64,000 bases of DNA from Mizuhopecten yessoensis. Its lineage: Eukaryota. A model generated the notes under the pieces. The model saw nothing but the letters and a program-made list of their open reading frames with translations, did no database searches and was not told the origin of the DNA. Position 1 is the first letter of the stretch. Each line of letters opens with the position of its first letter. The translations under genes were made by a program, and so were the position numbers. Where the stretch lies: assembly GCF_002113885.1 (NCBI RefSeq), contig NW_018408645.1, positions 752,107 to 816,106 of the forward strand, written 5' to 3'. Shown piece after piece: positions 23,538 to 37,143 of this stretch.

Positions 23538-26500
23538 ATGTCGATAGCAATTGCACAAGCCAAGCACATCTTTGGTCTTAAACCAGGTGTGACTGGCAAC
23601 ATTTGCTACCATGATGAACAGACCATTGTTTATCCCTCTGGGGCAAATTGTATTTTATACAACATTGACCAAAAGTCACAGAAGTTCATTCCTGGCACGG
23701 ATAAAAGTGAGGGTATGACAGCTTTGGCTGTGAGTCCAAACAGAAGATATGTGGCAATTGCTGAAAAAGGAGAAAAGCCAACAATTACAATATACGATCT
23801 TCACAGTCTCCGGAAAAGGAAAGTCCTTAGCTCTCCAGATGTTCAGTCAAATGAATTTGTCAGCTTGGCATTCTCACCTGACTCTAAATACTTGGTTGCT
23901 CAAGGCGGAAAACCTGACTATACATTGCTGTATTGGACGTGGGAGAAATCTAAAGTAATGGCTGGCACAAAAACATCCAATCCCCAGACCAGTCCTCCAG
24001 TGTATCAGGTATATATCACATTTCCCTGTAATCCTGTATAACCATGTTACGTGCAGTTTTACTAAAATAATAATACTGTTGAAAAATTCTATTTGGATTC
24101 AAATGTGATGTAGTTTTCAATAGAATATCAAAACTTATTCAATATTGTGTTTCCATAATTTTTTGCACAGATTATAAGTATGCAGTGCTTTTTCCAAACC
24201 ATATAAAGCATTCATTTGTATAAGTTCACTATAATTCTTTTGTCTGATGGATACAATATATGATTTGTAATCTTTGCAGGTAAGCTTCAATCCTCAAGAC
24301 AACACTCAACTGTGTGTTGTCGGAAATGGCATCTTCAAGCATTTCCGCTACAGTGAAGGAAACCTCAAAACTTTCAACTTCCAAAAGATGGAACCACAAA
24401 ACTATCTCTGCCATGCCTGGGTTTCTGAAGAGCGAGTTATTGTTGGTACTGACACTGGACGACTGCTACTGTTTGAAGCTGGAGAATTAAAGAATGAATT
24501 TAACATTGGCGCTCAACAAAGAGAAGCTGGGTAAATATATCTTTAGACAATATCCTTTATTCATTGATATGTTTCAGAGAAAATTTCTGAAAATGCTGTG
24601 TCTTTTAGAGAGAACATAACAAATATTATACCTCAAAGAAAACAGGAACTGTAAAATTTCAAAAATACTATAATTAAACAATTTCTTAATGTCTTCAGAA
24701 GGAAATTTAGGAACTTCATGACAATTTACTAAATAAAAAAATCTTTCTGATATGACACATTTTTTTATCAATGTTTAGACGGCCAAATGAAGGAGAGGAG
24801 GTTTCCAGCATCCCAGTCATTCCACAGGTTTCAGCCATTGTGGCTTACTCAAAGGGATTTGCTTGCTCCTGTGGACCTGGCACCGTACATTTATTTGAGA
24901 AAACAGATGACAAAGACTTTTTCAAGAAAACAAGAGAAATCAAGGTGCACTCTCCTTTTGTCAAACTTTTAATATTTGTGTCAATATATACGAGCAAGAA
25001 GTGGATGCTGGTTGGTTGCTACAAGTCAAAATATGACACACCTTACACAGATACTTTTATGTTTTAATGTTCATGGTTAGATGTTATTCATATTATTTCC
25101 AACTTGGATCCCATTTAAAAACAGAGGCCAGCCAATTTCTCTTAAATTGTACATCTATTTATATGAATGTTTTCTTTCAATACATACCGTGGTAAACAAA
25201 ATGCTGAGTACTAGTCAAAAGGTCAGTGAGAATCTGATAAAATTTTGAAGAATTAACAAAACCATATACTGACAAGCAATTTTCTTTAGATCCCACCAGA
25301 CAACAACAGTGCTGACCCGACCAAAGCCCAACAACAGCTGATTACTTGTCTGACCGTCAGTCCGTCTGAGGAGACCCTTGTGGCCAGTACTGACCTCAGC
25401 CAACTCTACTACCTAACACTGCCCAGTGCTGACCTTGGAAAGGTAAGGTACCAGACAAAACTGAGATAAAACTGTTAGTAAATGATAATCAAACTAAACT
25501 TGGTTTATTATAGACAGATAATTACCTGTGTTCTAAAATTAAATGACAAATTTAACTTTAAAATCATGTTTTTTTTAACTATCAACATATGTATAAAATA
25601 AATCTACATGTATGTCATCAATTTCAGGATTTTCTAACTCCTAGAATGATATTTACTGTACTATCACATTGTCAGTCATTATATATTTCTATCATGAGGT
25701 TTAAAATGATGAAAAAATAAATTCCACATTTACATGTGCTGTTAATATCTTTATCAATTGATCATGTTAAGAACAACAACAACAAAAATGGGAACAAATA
25801 TGCCTGAATTGATTATGAGTGTTTTGTGTATTTCAGAGTGAAGGAGATCAGGCTCATTTTGAGGTTCTGGCCCAATCCTTTCACTACGGTCAGATCACAG
25901 GGCTGGATGTTTGTATCAGGAAGCCACTGATTGCTACAAGCTCACACGACAGATCTGTTCGCATCTGGAACTACGAAAACTGGTACGATAGTAGGACTAA
26001 AATATAAAGTCATATTTTTTAATAGAGTTTTATCCTCAAAGGTGGAGGATAATTCATCTGGAGAGTATAGACTTTGGACTGAGCTGAGGCTTGCAGAGGT
26101 CATGACTAAAACTCTTCAGTAGCGGATAGAATTTCCATTTCATCCAGTCCTGTATGTAAATGAGATTCTTTACAGTAGATAGCTTCCTGCTGATTAAAAC
26201 AGCAATCAAACAATGTATCACATTGAAATGGCACCGCCTTTCAGAATATCAGCCAACTATATACTTAACATTTTTAAGTTGAGTGCAGTTTGTTATTGTG
26301 CTCTTTCTAGTAAAGATTTCAGAAAATTATTTAATTGTTTCCATTAAAAATGCCGATTTGGCCTAATAGCACATCAAACAAAAGACAAATATTGATACGC
26401 TGTAGTTATATGTAATACAGTAACCTGGAGCTGCATAAGGAGTTTGCAGAGGAAGCGTACAGTATCGCCCTGCATCCCTCTGGCCTGTACATCTTAGTGG

Positions 26501-29500
26501 GCTTCAGTGACAAACTCCGTCTGATGAACCTCCTCATCGACGACATCAGGACCTTCAAAGAATTCACCATCCGTGGGTGCAGAGAGGTAAGGTTTTCTTT
26601 CCTTATGTTCTAGTTTTCATGTCGTGAGTTGCAGAATTTTCTTTAGAGATGTAAATTAATTAATCTCTGTAAAGACATAGTGCCTATCTTTGTCTTTTTA
26701 GAAAATTTGTATAAGGGAATATATGCTTACATTACTATTATATATATGTTACAGTGTGGCTTTAGCAATGGTGGAAACTTGTTTGCCGCAGTGCACAGCA
26801 ATGTCATCCAAATCTACTCCACCTCGACATTTGAAAATACCTCAAACCTAAAGGGTCACAATGGTAAAGTTCGGTCAATTGTGTGGAGTTCTGACGACAG
26901 CAAGATGGTGTCCTGTGGTGGAGACGGAGCTGTCTATGAGTGGGAGACCTACTCAGGGAAGAGAGTCGGGGAGAGTGTGCTCAAGTCCTGTGGCTATACT
27001 GGAGTGGCTGTCACACCAGACGGAAAAGCCACTTTTGCAGTTGGTTCTGACAAGACTCTGAAAGAGATTGCAGATTCACAGGTTAGCACATACTAAAGCA
27101 TCTAAAGCCTGAATTGTGATTAAATGTTATTATGTACCGTAGAATTCCCTTATATCAAAGTAATTTTGACCTAGATATGTGTTATGAACATTTCTTCCTA
27201 CTGGGATATGTATCGAGATGAATTGTAATCCATGATATGAACAAAATAACTGATTTCAAAGTTGAATTTAATGTGTCTTATGAAATTATTAGGTGTTTTT
27301 AATGTCACTGTTTAAAAAGAAACAATCTTTTACTTAGAGATAAGATACATGATATTGTTGTAATTAATGTTAATTATTGATGATTGTAGATCCTGCGCCA
27401 GATTGAAGCTGGTGACATGACCTTGAGTAGTGTAGCTTTGTCCCATTCCGGCCGTATGTTGTTTGCTGGTACTGTGAAAGGAACACTGTGGTCACTCAAA
27501 TTTCCCCTCAACCCACCAGGAGAGTGGACAGAACATTCGGGTCATGGAAGTCAGATCACCAAGGTAACGATAATGTGACAGTACTGAGATGCTTCCTAAA
27601 CATAAGAAAGCAAAGTTAAAATGTAAAAATGTTAACAATGTTTCAAAGTTTTGACTGTTAATGCTGTAGGGAAGAATGCTAATAAATTTTAACTGCTATA
27701 CCAATCTCTCTTTGATTTTGAAGTCAATTGCTTCAGGAAAATTGATATAGTTATTATTTCCCAGCTGGGAGTGTTATGGTTATTCTTATATACAAATTAA
27801 CCACCTTTAAGCAAGGTTGACGTAAGTTAGATATTGGACATTGTGTTTTCTGACAGATGAAGATCAGCTACGACGACCAGTACCTGGTTACAGTGTCTGA
27901 GGATGCCTCTGTCATCCTGTGGAAGATCCAAGATAAGGAGGGGCGTGGCCTGAAACGGGACAAGGAAGTGGGATGGGCTGAGGAAATCCTCATCACTAAG
28001 AGTGACCTAGAGGAAAAGGTAACCACTGCCAATCACAACAAGATCCAAGTTGATATTTAAGTTGATATAGTTTATATAACAAAAGTATCCAGAATGATTT
28101 TGTGTATGTATAGTAGAATGGTCAAGTCTAACAGAGTGAACCTGATAGTTTGGTTATCGATCCTCACTCAAACACCTGAGTTCCAATTATTGTATCTTAT
28201 TGTAGCTTACCCTATTTCATCTTATTTATTCCCACAATTTTTGTTTTTGTGTAGAACACAATGATGAGTGACCTGAAGACAAGGAATGATGAACTGAAGC
28301 TTGAGAATGATTACCAGCTACGTCTGAAGGACATGAATTACAACGAAAAGATCAAGGAACTCACGGAGAAGTTTATCCAGGAAATGGAAGCATTGAAAAC
28401 TAAGAATCAGGTAAACTGTTGATTCTTGTCCAGAAATATTTTGACAATTTTAGTTTTGTTATTGAAACCTTTTTGTTTCCCTGTAATAATCAATTATTTA
28501 AAGAAAATATCCCATTGAATATCAATGCTTTTAATATTTTCACTGTTTTCAGAAGATATTTCATTGATTATATACATCCCAGGATGTTTAGTCATAAACA
28601 AGATGCCATTTTCCTAGGAATGATATCTGTAATCTTTAATATTTTTTTATTGAACATTTTTGGTTGAACAATGTTTTGGTTTTGGTTTAATAATGGATTT
28701 CTCAATTTTTAGTTTGATAATATTTTTTTTACAGGTTCTGAAGACAGACAAAGATAAGGAGGAGGCAAAGCATGAGGAAGAGATGAGAGAGGTCATGGAT
28801 AAACACACTAAAGAGCTTCAGGATCTCGGTAAGACAAGTCTACAGGAATCATAGTTGGCACTGTTGTCACATATTAACACAATGTTTTACGATCAATTGT
28901 CTATAAATTCATGAATTAAAATTCGAGCATTGTGTCTATAATTTTGTGTTGTTAGCTTAGCTCCTTGAAATTTAATCTAATCATACTTTTAGACATTGTA
29001 TTTACTTAGGATTTTCTCTAACTTAAAGATTTGCCATACTCAAAATAGTCCTTCCTATGTTTTTGACCTCTTTTGGTTTATTTGTTATTTTCTGTTGTTA
29101 CTTTAGAAATTGTTTTTGTTTTTATTCTATAGTACATTTTTGTTTTGATTTTATCGTTTGATTATGATTTGATATTATTCGTAACAATATTGAAAATTTT
29201 TCAATCTGCAGAGTCGGCCAACAACCAGAAGCTGATGTTGGAGTATGAGAAATTCCAGGAGCAGCAGAGTAAAACTATGAAAATGCAGGAGGAATACGAT
29301 CGTCTACTCCAGGAAAAAGAGGAAAGCAAGATGAGGGCTATGGAGGAACTGACAGAGTATTACGAGACAAAACTCCAGGAGAAAACAACTCAACTGGAAC
29401 AGGTACTGTGTTACAGACAGCTAGTGTGTGTACTATCTCCGCAATTATGTTATTGTAGCATCTGTTTTGTGTCTTTCATGAATTAAAGCAAAAAAAATCC

Positions 29501-32264
29501 TCTAAAAAATAAATCCCCCCAAAAAACCATTCAGGAGACCGGAGTGATGAACATATTTTGAAACTTTTTAAAGTGTAATAAAAAAAAAACATGATGTACA
29601 AGTTATAATCTTACATCAAATGATGTTGTCCTGATGTTTTAGGCTCATGATGAGGCCAGGCAGTCACTGAAGGAATACGAAGAAACTAAAAAACAGATTG
29701 AGGAGGACGCTGATAGGGAAATCCTTGACATCAAGAACAACTACGAGATCAGACTGCGTGCTGAAAAGGAGGACAACATCAAACTGAGGGGAGAAAGTGG
29801 AATCATGAAGAAAAAGGTATACCTTAAATTAGTAGGGTTTTTGGACAAAATTCGGAGCCAAAATTCTTAACCAAAAAAATTTACAGTGAATGTTATTTTC
29901 TAGACAAGACCAATTGTCATTGGGATTATTTTACAATGGTTTTGATTGTATATATCCTGTTCAATAATGCCTCTTGTATGGAGCATTTTTTATAAGCATG
30001 TATGAATGAAGTTCTTGGGTATAACAATGTTTTTAATTTGACGTTGATTTGTCGGTAGTTTACAAGTCTCCAGCGAGAGATTGACGATCACAAAGAGGAA
30101 ATTAAGAAGTTCCAGGCAGAGACTCAGAAACAGACCAATGTGATTCGTAATATGGAAAAAGACATCATGGGTCTGAAGAAGGAGATACAAGAGAGAGATG
30201 ACACCATTCAAGACAAGGTAAGGACAATGGCTGATGTAGCAGATCAGGGCATGGCAGAGTGGGGTGGGGAGGGAGAGTTTATCAACAGATATACTATTCA
30301 ATAGTCATTTTCTGAATATGAAGAGTCCTAATTGGTAATAGACAGACGTTTCTGAAAGGGGCCACTTTTCTTATAATTTACTGGGACTGCCCACCTTTAA
30401 TGATATACATGATAACTGTGTCCTAAATGGTTTACAGGAAAAGAGAATCTATGACTTGAAGAAGAAGAACCAGGAATTGGAGAAGTTCAAGTTTGTGCTG
30501 GACTACAAGATCAAGGAACTGAAGAAACAGATTGAGCCAAGGGAAAACGACATCAAGAGAATGAAGGATCAGATCCAGGAGGTAAAAATTGTGGATTTAA
30601 CCAGAGTTCAAATACAGTTACAAGGAAATGATATAAACAATTCTGTAAGAAAACAAAATACTGTTATGGAGCTTCTTTTCAAAAAAGGGAAAAAGGGAAA
30701 GTATCTTTTTCATTTTTGCCAAAACAATTGTGGCAAAGAAGTGTTTGTAAAATTTATAAGAAGAACCAAAGATGTGTAATTGTTACCAATGTGCTTATTT
30801 GTCTGGTTGTCATGGCTACAGATGGAGAGTGAACTGGAGAGGTTCCACAAACAGAATACACAGCTTGAGCTTAGCATAAAGGAGCTCACCCAGAAACTCC
30901 GGGCCACCGACAAAGAGATGCACCAGGAGAGACAGAAGGTAGGTCAAGGTCATCAAATATCATCAAATATCTAAAATCACCCAGAAAAAAATCACTTCAC
31001 TACATTTAAACAAAGTGTACTTATTGATAAATATTACTGTATAATAAACATTAGTCAAGAAAATCATTAATAAAAGTGGTATTCTTAAATGGTAATGATG
31101 TACACAGATTTATACTGAAATCATTGCACAGAATGAGTGAGCTTGTTTGTACATGTAGGTACGCGATGTAGAGGCAGTGGTGAAGAGGTTCAAGACTGAT
31201 CTACACAACTGTGTGGGCTACATACAGGACCCCAAGATGTTGAAGGAAAGCATTAAGGCTCTGTACTCAAAACACGTTCAGGAGGATGTGGTAAGTACAT
31301 GTATACATAGCCATACTCACATATTTGCTAACATCCTTTCAAGTGCACACTGTCTGAACCAAACTCCTCTGGAACACATAAGAGGGTTTCGAGTCTACTT
31401 GTTATAGGTTTTTATAGTCTGATCCAAATTATTAGGCCAATTTAGACAAAAATTCATGTTTAATAGAGTATTGTTAAAACAAAAACGGATATTATATTGG
31501 GACAAGAGACTGCGTGTCATAGACTAATTACTACAATTTAAAGTACCATGTGAGGGAAATAGATTAACGTTTTCTGAACCTATTATTTCCTCAGACGGAA
31601 TCTGCAAGTGTGGACGCTGACATACAGAAGGAATACAGTAGGCAGCGAGAACACCTGGAAAGATCTGTAGCCTCACTCCGCAAGAAGCTTTCCAAGGATT
31701 CTGAAATACATAGAGCCGATAATGTCAGGATCATGCAGGTAGGTTTTATTTTCACCTAATGCTTCCATCTGCTTTAACAGAAAACATTGCACTTAAAAAT
31801 GGCTTCATAATATCAAATGATTAAAGTAATATATTTCAAATGATGTTGAATCGTTAAAAAGGAAATACATTTTATCTAAATTAAAAATCGGAAAATTTCT
31901 TCCATTTTACTTGGAAAAATTTTGGATGTACTCCATTATTTACATTTTTCAGGAAAATGTGTCCTTGATCAAGGAAATCAATGATTTACGTCGGGAGCTC
32001 AAGATAGCTAGAACACAAATCCACGACCTTGAGGCAGCAATGGGACTCCACAGCAAGAAGAACAAAAATGACACGGCAGCCATTGCTGCTATCACTGCTA
32101 AAGGACCAAGTGCTCTTATGGAAAAAGATATGGAGGAAAAGAATAAAATGATTGAGATGCAGATGGTAGAAATTCGACGTTTACGTTCCGAGATATCCGA
32201 CTTAGATTTTGGCTCTCGACCTCCGTCATCACACCGTCTACCACCCGTACAGTTAGTGTCATGA
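23538..32264 (+). CDS. CFAP57: Cilia- and flagella-associated protein 57 (WDR65), 1212 aa, 19 coding exons
   Basis: Exons 23538-24008, 24280-24530, 24779-24944, 25290-25442, 25837-25982, 26421-26586, 26755-27081, 27390-27563, 27857-28018, 28255-28410, 28735-28828, 29212-29402, 29643-29816, 30059-30217, 30438-30581, 30822-30938, 31159-31290, 31595-31738, 31953-32264. All introns are GT-AG with consistent phases. N-terminal WD40 repeats ([25 protein letters not shown]) and a C-terminal coiled coil ([28 protein letters not shown]; [16 protein letters not shown]). Confidence 0.96.
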
Positions 32265-34056
32265 TCACCCGAACACTTTACTCAAGTGGAATTGTCATGA
32301 GAAATTTTGTGATCATGCTTAGGGTTGCTGAGTACAGTGTATAAGAAAATGGAGAATGAAAATCTGCAACTCTTGCGTAGAACATTCATCACATATTCTC
32401 AAACTATGTGCTTTGTGTATGTCAAAATATCTGAACCCTTGGTATGGTGAATATCTGTATACTAACTTTTCATAAACTTGTGTGTTAATCATGCAAAGCT
32501 GTTTTTTGATAAAATGTTGTTAAGAATCCTGTTGGATACCTGCAACTTACTTTTGTAAAATACATTTTTGGAAAACTTTATTCAAGCTCATTCCAGAGAA
32601 ATTTTGAAAAATAAAATTTCTCTTCAACCACTAATATTGTTTGCGAAGCACAATGTTAGCAAATAATTTTGATAATTGAACATGGTACTTACGTTACTTC
32701 TGCTGACTAGCTGCTTCTTGACTTTATATATTGATTCATAGCCACAGTAACGTGCCAGATATGATTTTACATATAAAGACATCTTTACAAAAATTATTCT
32801 TCTCAAAATGTAATATCTGATTGTACTGTGTTGACGCTCTGAGAGATATCTGGATATATTTGTATATTTTATCTTTTATGAGGTATTTTTTATGTAATGA
32901 CAGGTTTCATTCAGGCTGTGATAGATAAAGTAAATAATTATGAGTGTTTATCATAAATTTCCTGAAAGCTTTTGTGATATTTTTTACATTCGTTTTACAT
33001 ATAAATTCTGAAATCATTGTTCACATTAATATTTTCAATTTGGAGAATTTTGAAAATGTTAAAAGTTGCATTTTGGAATTCTAGAATTATTTATGAAATG
33101 AATTTAAAGTAGCTATGAGTTGTATTAGCGCCTTAAAACCTTAAACCTGGGACCCAAGGTTTGGGTGTGAGCTGACAAAAGATTTTCAGGAAAATATCCG
33201 TCCAAAAGTGTGCAGTATTCCTGTAAATTGTGTAAATACAAATTTAATATGATTAAGTAGTTATGGTAGACCACACTATTTATGTGGAATTACTGTAAAA
33301 TCATGTGAATTCTGTGATAATCTTATGTATAAAAAGTAATAAAAATATGGAAATAGTTAAAAGTATTTTTGATATTTTCAAGTTGTACTTGCTACATTGT
33401 ATAGTCTACATAATCAGAAAATACTTATAAACCTGCATGTGTCTATTAAGTCATTGTAGTATAGATTTTCATGAAAAGTGTTTTTCTCCTGCCTGCAAAA
33501 CTCCAATAAACAAGGTTGAGTATAATGGTGTTGGTTGGGTACTGCAGTGGTTTGCTGTAATATTTACATGAGGTGGCACTAAGAAGAAAGATACTGTTGG
33601 AAACAGGGTTCCATCGCAAAACACTTATACACCTCCACTACACACACAGTGGCTTACTCTAACTAGATAGGGAGTGGTATCAAATGTCATATAATAATAA
33701 ACAGACTATATATTATAAGTTGATTTTATATAAATCAAATTCTTTTTAAAAACACTTTCTAATCCAGACCTTGTATTATCTCAAAATACTGTATAAATCA
33801 AATGTTGTGTAATCTGGAAGACCTTTATAAACCAGACCCTGTTTATGCTGGAACATATCTTTGAATCAGACCATGTATAATATGGAAAAATTTATAATTT
33901 TGAAAGTCTGTATCAACCTAGCCATGGGAAACCTGTGTAAGACAAAGCTTGTGTAATTTAGAATATCAAAAATAATCAGAATCTGTATAATCTGAAAATC
34001 CAGAAGCAGGCTTTGTTAATCTGACCAGTATAAACCAGACCCTGTTTTATATTGAA

Positions 34057-35950
34057 GTGTCAACAGAACATAGAGTGTCAACAGAGCATTGACAGAGTCA
34101 ACAGAACATAGAGTGTCAACAGAGCATTGACAGAGTCAACAGAACATAGAATGTCAACAGAGCATTGACAGAGTCAACAGAACGTACACTGTCAACAGAA
34201 CATAGAGTGTCAACAGAGCATTGACAGTCAACAGAACATAGAGTGTCAACAGAATATAGAATGTCAACAGACCATTGACAGGGTTAACAAAACGTACAGT
34301 GTCAACAGAACATAGAATGTCAACAGAGCATTGACAGGGTCAACAGAACGTACACGGTCAACAGAACATAGAGAGTCAACATAGCATTGACATGGTCAAC
34401 AGAACGTACACAGTCAACAGAACATAGAATGTCAACAGAGCATTGACAGGGTCAACAGAACGTACACGGTCAACAGAACATAGAGAGTCAACAGAGTATT
34501 GACAGGGTCAACAGAACGTACACTGTCAACAGAATATAGAATGTCAACAGAGCATTGACAGGGTCAACAGAACGTACAGTATCAACAGAACAAAGAATGT
34601 CAACATAGCATTGACAGGGTCAACAGAACGTACACTGTCATCAGAACATAGAGTGTCAACAGAGCATTGACAGGGTCAACAGAACATAGAGTGTCAACAG
34701 AGCATTGACAGGGTCAACAGAACGTACACATTCAACAGAACATAGTGTCAACAGAGCATTGAAAGGGTCAACAGAATGTACATAGTCAACAGAACATAGA
34801 GTGTCAACAGAGCATTGACAGGGTCAACAGAACATAGAATGTCAACAGAGCATTGACAGGGTCAACAGAACATAGAGTGTCAACAGAGCATTCACAGAGT
34901 CAACATAATGTACACAGTCAACAGAACATAGAATGTCAACAGAGCATTGACGGGGTCAAAAGACCGTACAGTGTCAACAGACCGTACAGTGTCAACAGAG
35001 CATTGACAGGGTCAACAGAACGTACACTGTCAACAGAACATAGAATGTCAACAGAGCATTGACATGGTCAACAGAACATAAACGGTCAATAGAACATAGA
35101 GTGTCAACAGATCATTGACAGGGTCAACAGAACGTACAGTATCAATAGAACATAGAATGTCAACATAGCATTGACATGATCAACAGAACATAAATGGTCA
35201 ATAGAACATAGAGTGTCAACAGATCATTGACAGGGTCAACAGAACGTACCCTATCAATAGAACATAGAATGTCAACATAGCATTGACATGATCAACAGAA
35301 CATAAATGGTCAATAGAACATAGAGTGTCAACAGATCATTGACAGGGTCAACAGAACGTACAGTGTCAACAGAACATAGAGTGTCAACAGAGCATTGACA
35401 GGGTTAACAAAACATAAAGTGTCACCAGAACGTACATTGTCAACAGAACATAGACTTTCAACAGGGCATTGACATGGTCAACAGAACGTACAGTGTCAAC
35501 AGAACATAAGTGTCAACAAAGCATTGATAGGGTCAACAGAATGTACACAGTCAACAGCACATAGAGTGTCAACAGATCATTGACAGGGTCAACAGAACGT
35601 ACACGGTCAACAGATCATAGAATGTCAACAGAGCATTGACAGGGGCAACAGAGCATTGACAGGGGCAACAGAATGAAGAGTGTCAACATAACGTACAGTG
35701 TCAACAGAACACAAATTGTCAACAGAGCATTGACAGGGTCAACAGAATATAAAGTGTCAACAGAGCATTGACAGGGTTAACAAAACATACCGGGTCAACA
35801 GAATGAAGAGTGTAAACAGAGCGTTGACAGGGGCAACAGAATGAAGAGTGTCAACATTACGTTCATGGTCAACAGAATGTACAGGGTTAACAGAAAGAAG
35901 AGTGTCAACATAACGTTCATGGTCAACAAATCAAAGAGTGTAAATAGAAC
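34057..35950. repeat. Composite minisatellite of 18/20/18-bp GTCAAC-based subunits
   Basis: Subunits GTCAACAGAACATAGAGT, GTCAACAGAGCATTGACAGG and GTCAACAGAACGTACACT, arranged in 38- or 56-bp higher-order units. Confidence 0.95.
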
Positions 35951-37143
35951 ACTTTAAGTCGGATTCTATAGTTGGATAGAAAGACTGTCCAACCATTATC
36001 TGCATTTAATCTTCTTTTATTTCAACTATGACTCCATGGCTTCATTCATGTAACGTATTGTCCTGGTCCCTTTTTCAACAATGAGAGCATGGGTCCAATG
36101 GTATCATGTTCACGAAAGATTTTAGTTAGAAAATTATTTAGAAAAAACAAATCACTTGTGAAGCAGAAAGTGATTTACAATACTCATGGTATTGTGTATT
36201 ATAAACACATTAAGTGAACAAATTACTGTGTTGCTTTGTTTACCTGGTAGGTACATATTTCTAAATCAAATAATATCTATTCACAAATAGTTCATTTCAG
36301 ACCTGGTTAATGTATTTCTATATACAATATCAGAGATTTTAAAAATGATGTGTTTATAACAACCTTTTAACTGTGGAAATATTATACCGGTGTAGTGAAC
36401 CATGACAGAACGACAAATCAGGTTCTCTGTCACAGCCATGGGAATGTTAGCTGGGGATGTTAGATACTGCAGTAAAGAAATATTGATATAACCAGGCAAT
36501 GCTTCAACTGTCAACACTGGAGGCCCAGGGCAATACTGGTCTGTAGCAATTACAAAACACTTAGTTCCAGGACATGTTTATCAAAGTCTAGTCAGCTTAA
36601 TATGTCAACAGCAAAATAATGTGTCTCAATGATAATTTTTTCTTCTTCAAAATATGAATAACCGTGTTGACGTATTTCATAAAGAAATTTTAAAATGTGG
36701 GGAAATATCAGACAGACTGTTTGGAAAGCAAAGTTCTTGCTCATTTGTAGTATTTTGCAGTTTTTATGGATATTTTTTTTCCAGTTCACACGTTAAGCTG
36801 AGTCATCTGTATCTTGTCACGACTACGATCACGGTACAGATAAAACGGAGCAGAATCCTGGTACCGACAACTTCTACTTGTCGCTGTATGTGACGTATAT
36901 CACGTTTTTACGCTAAATTGATTTTGATAGAGGTATTTTTTCGATTTTTTTTTATTTATTTTTTATCTTTAGGATAAATGTTAAGTTCGAATGGAACAAT
37001 TGAAGCAAAACGAAAGTTTTAAAACTTAAATATGAAAGGTAGACTCCAAATCAGTCGTTTTAATGGAATAAGTGGGTGTGTTATTTCAATTTTCACTAAC
37101 GTTTGATTTTGCCAGGACTGGCGTTTCCCCGTTATTAGACACA

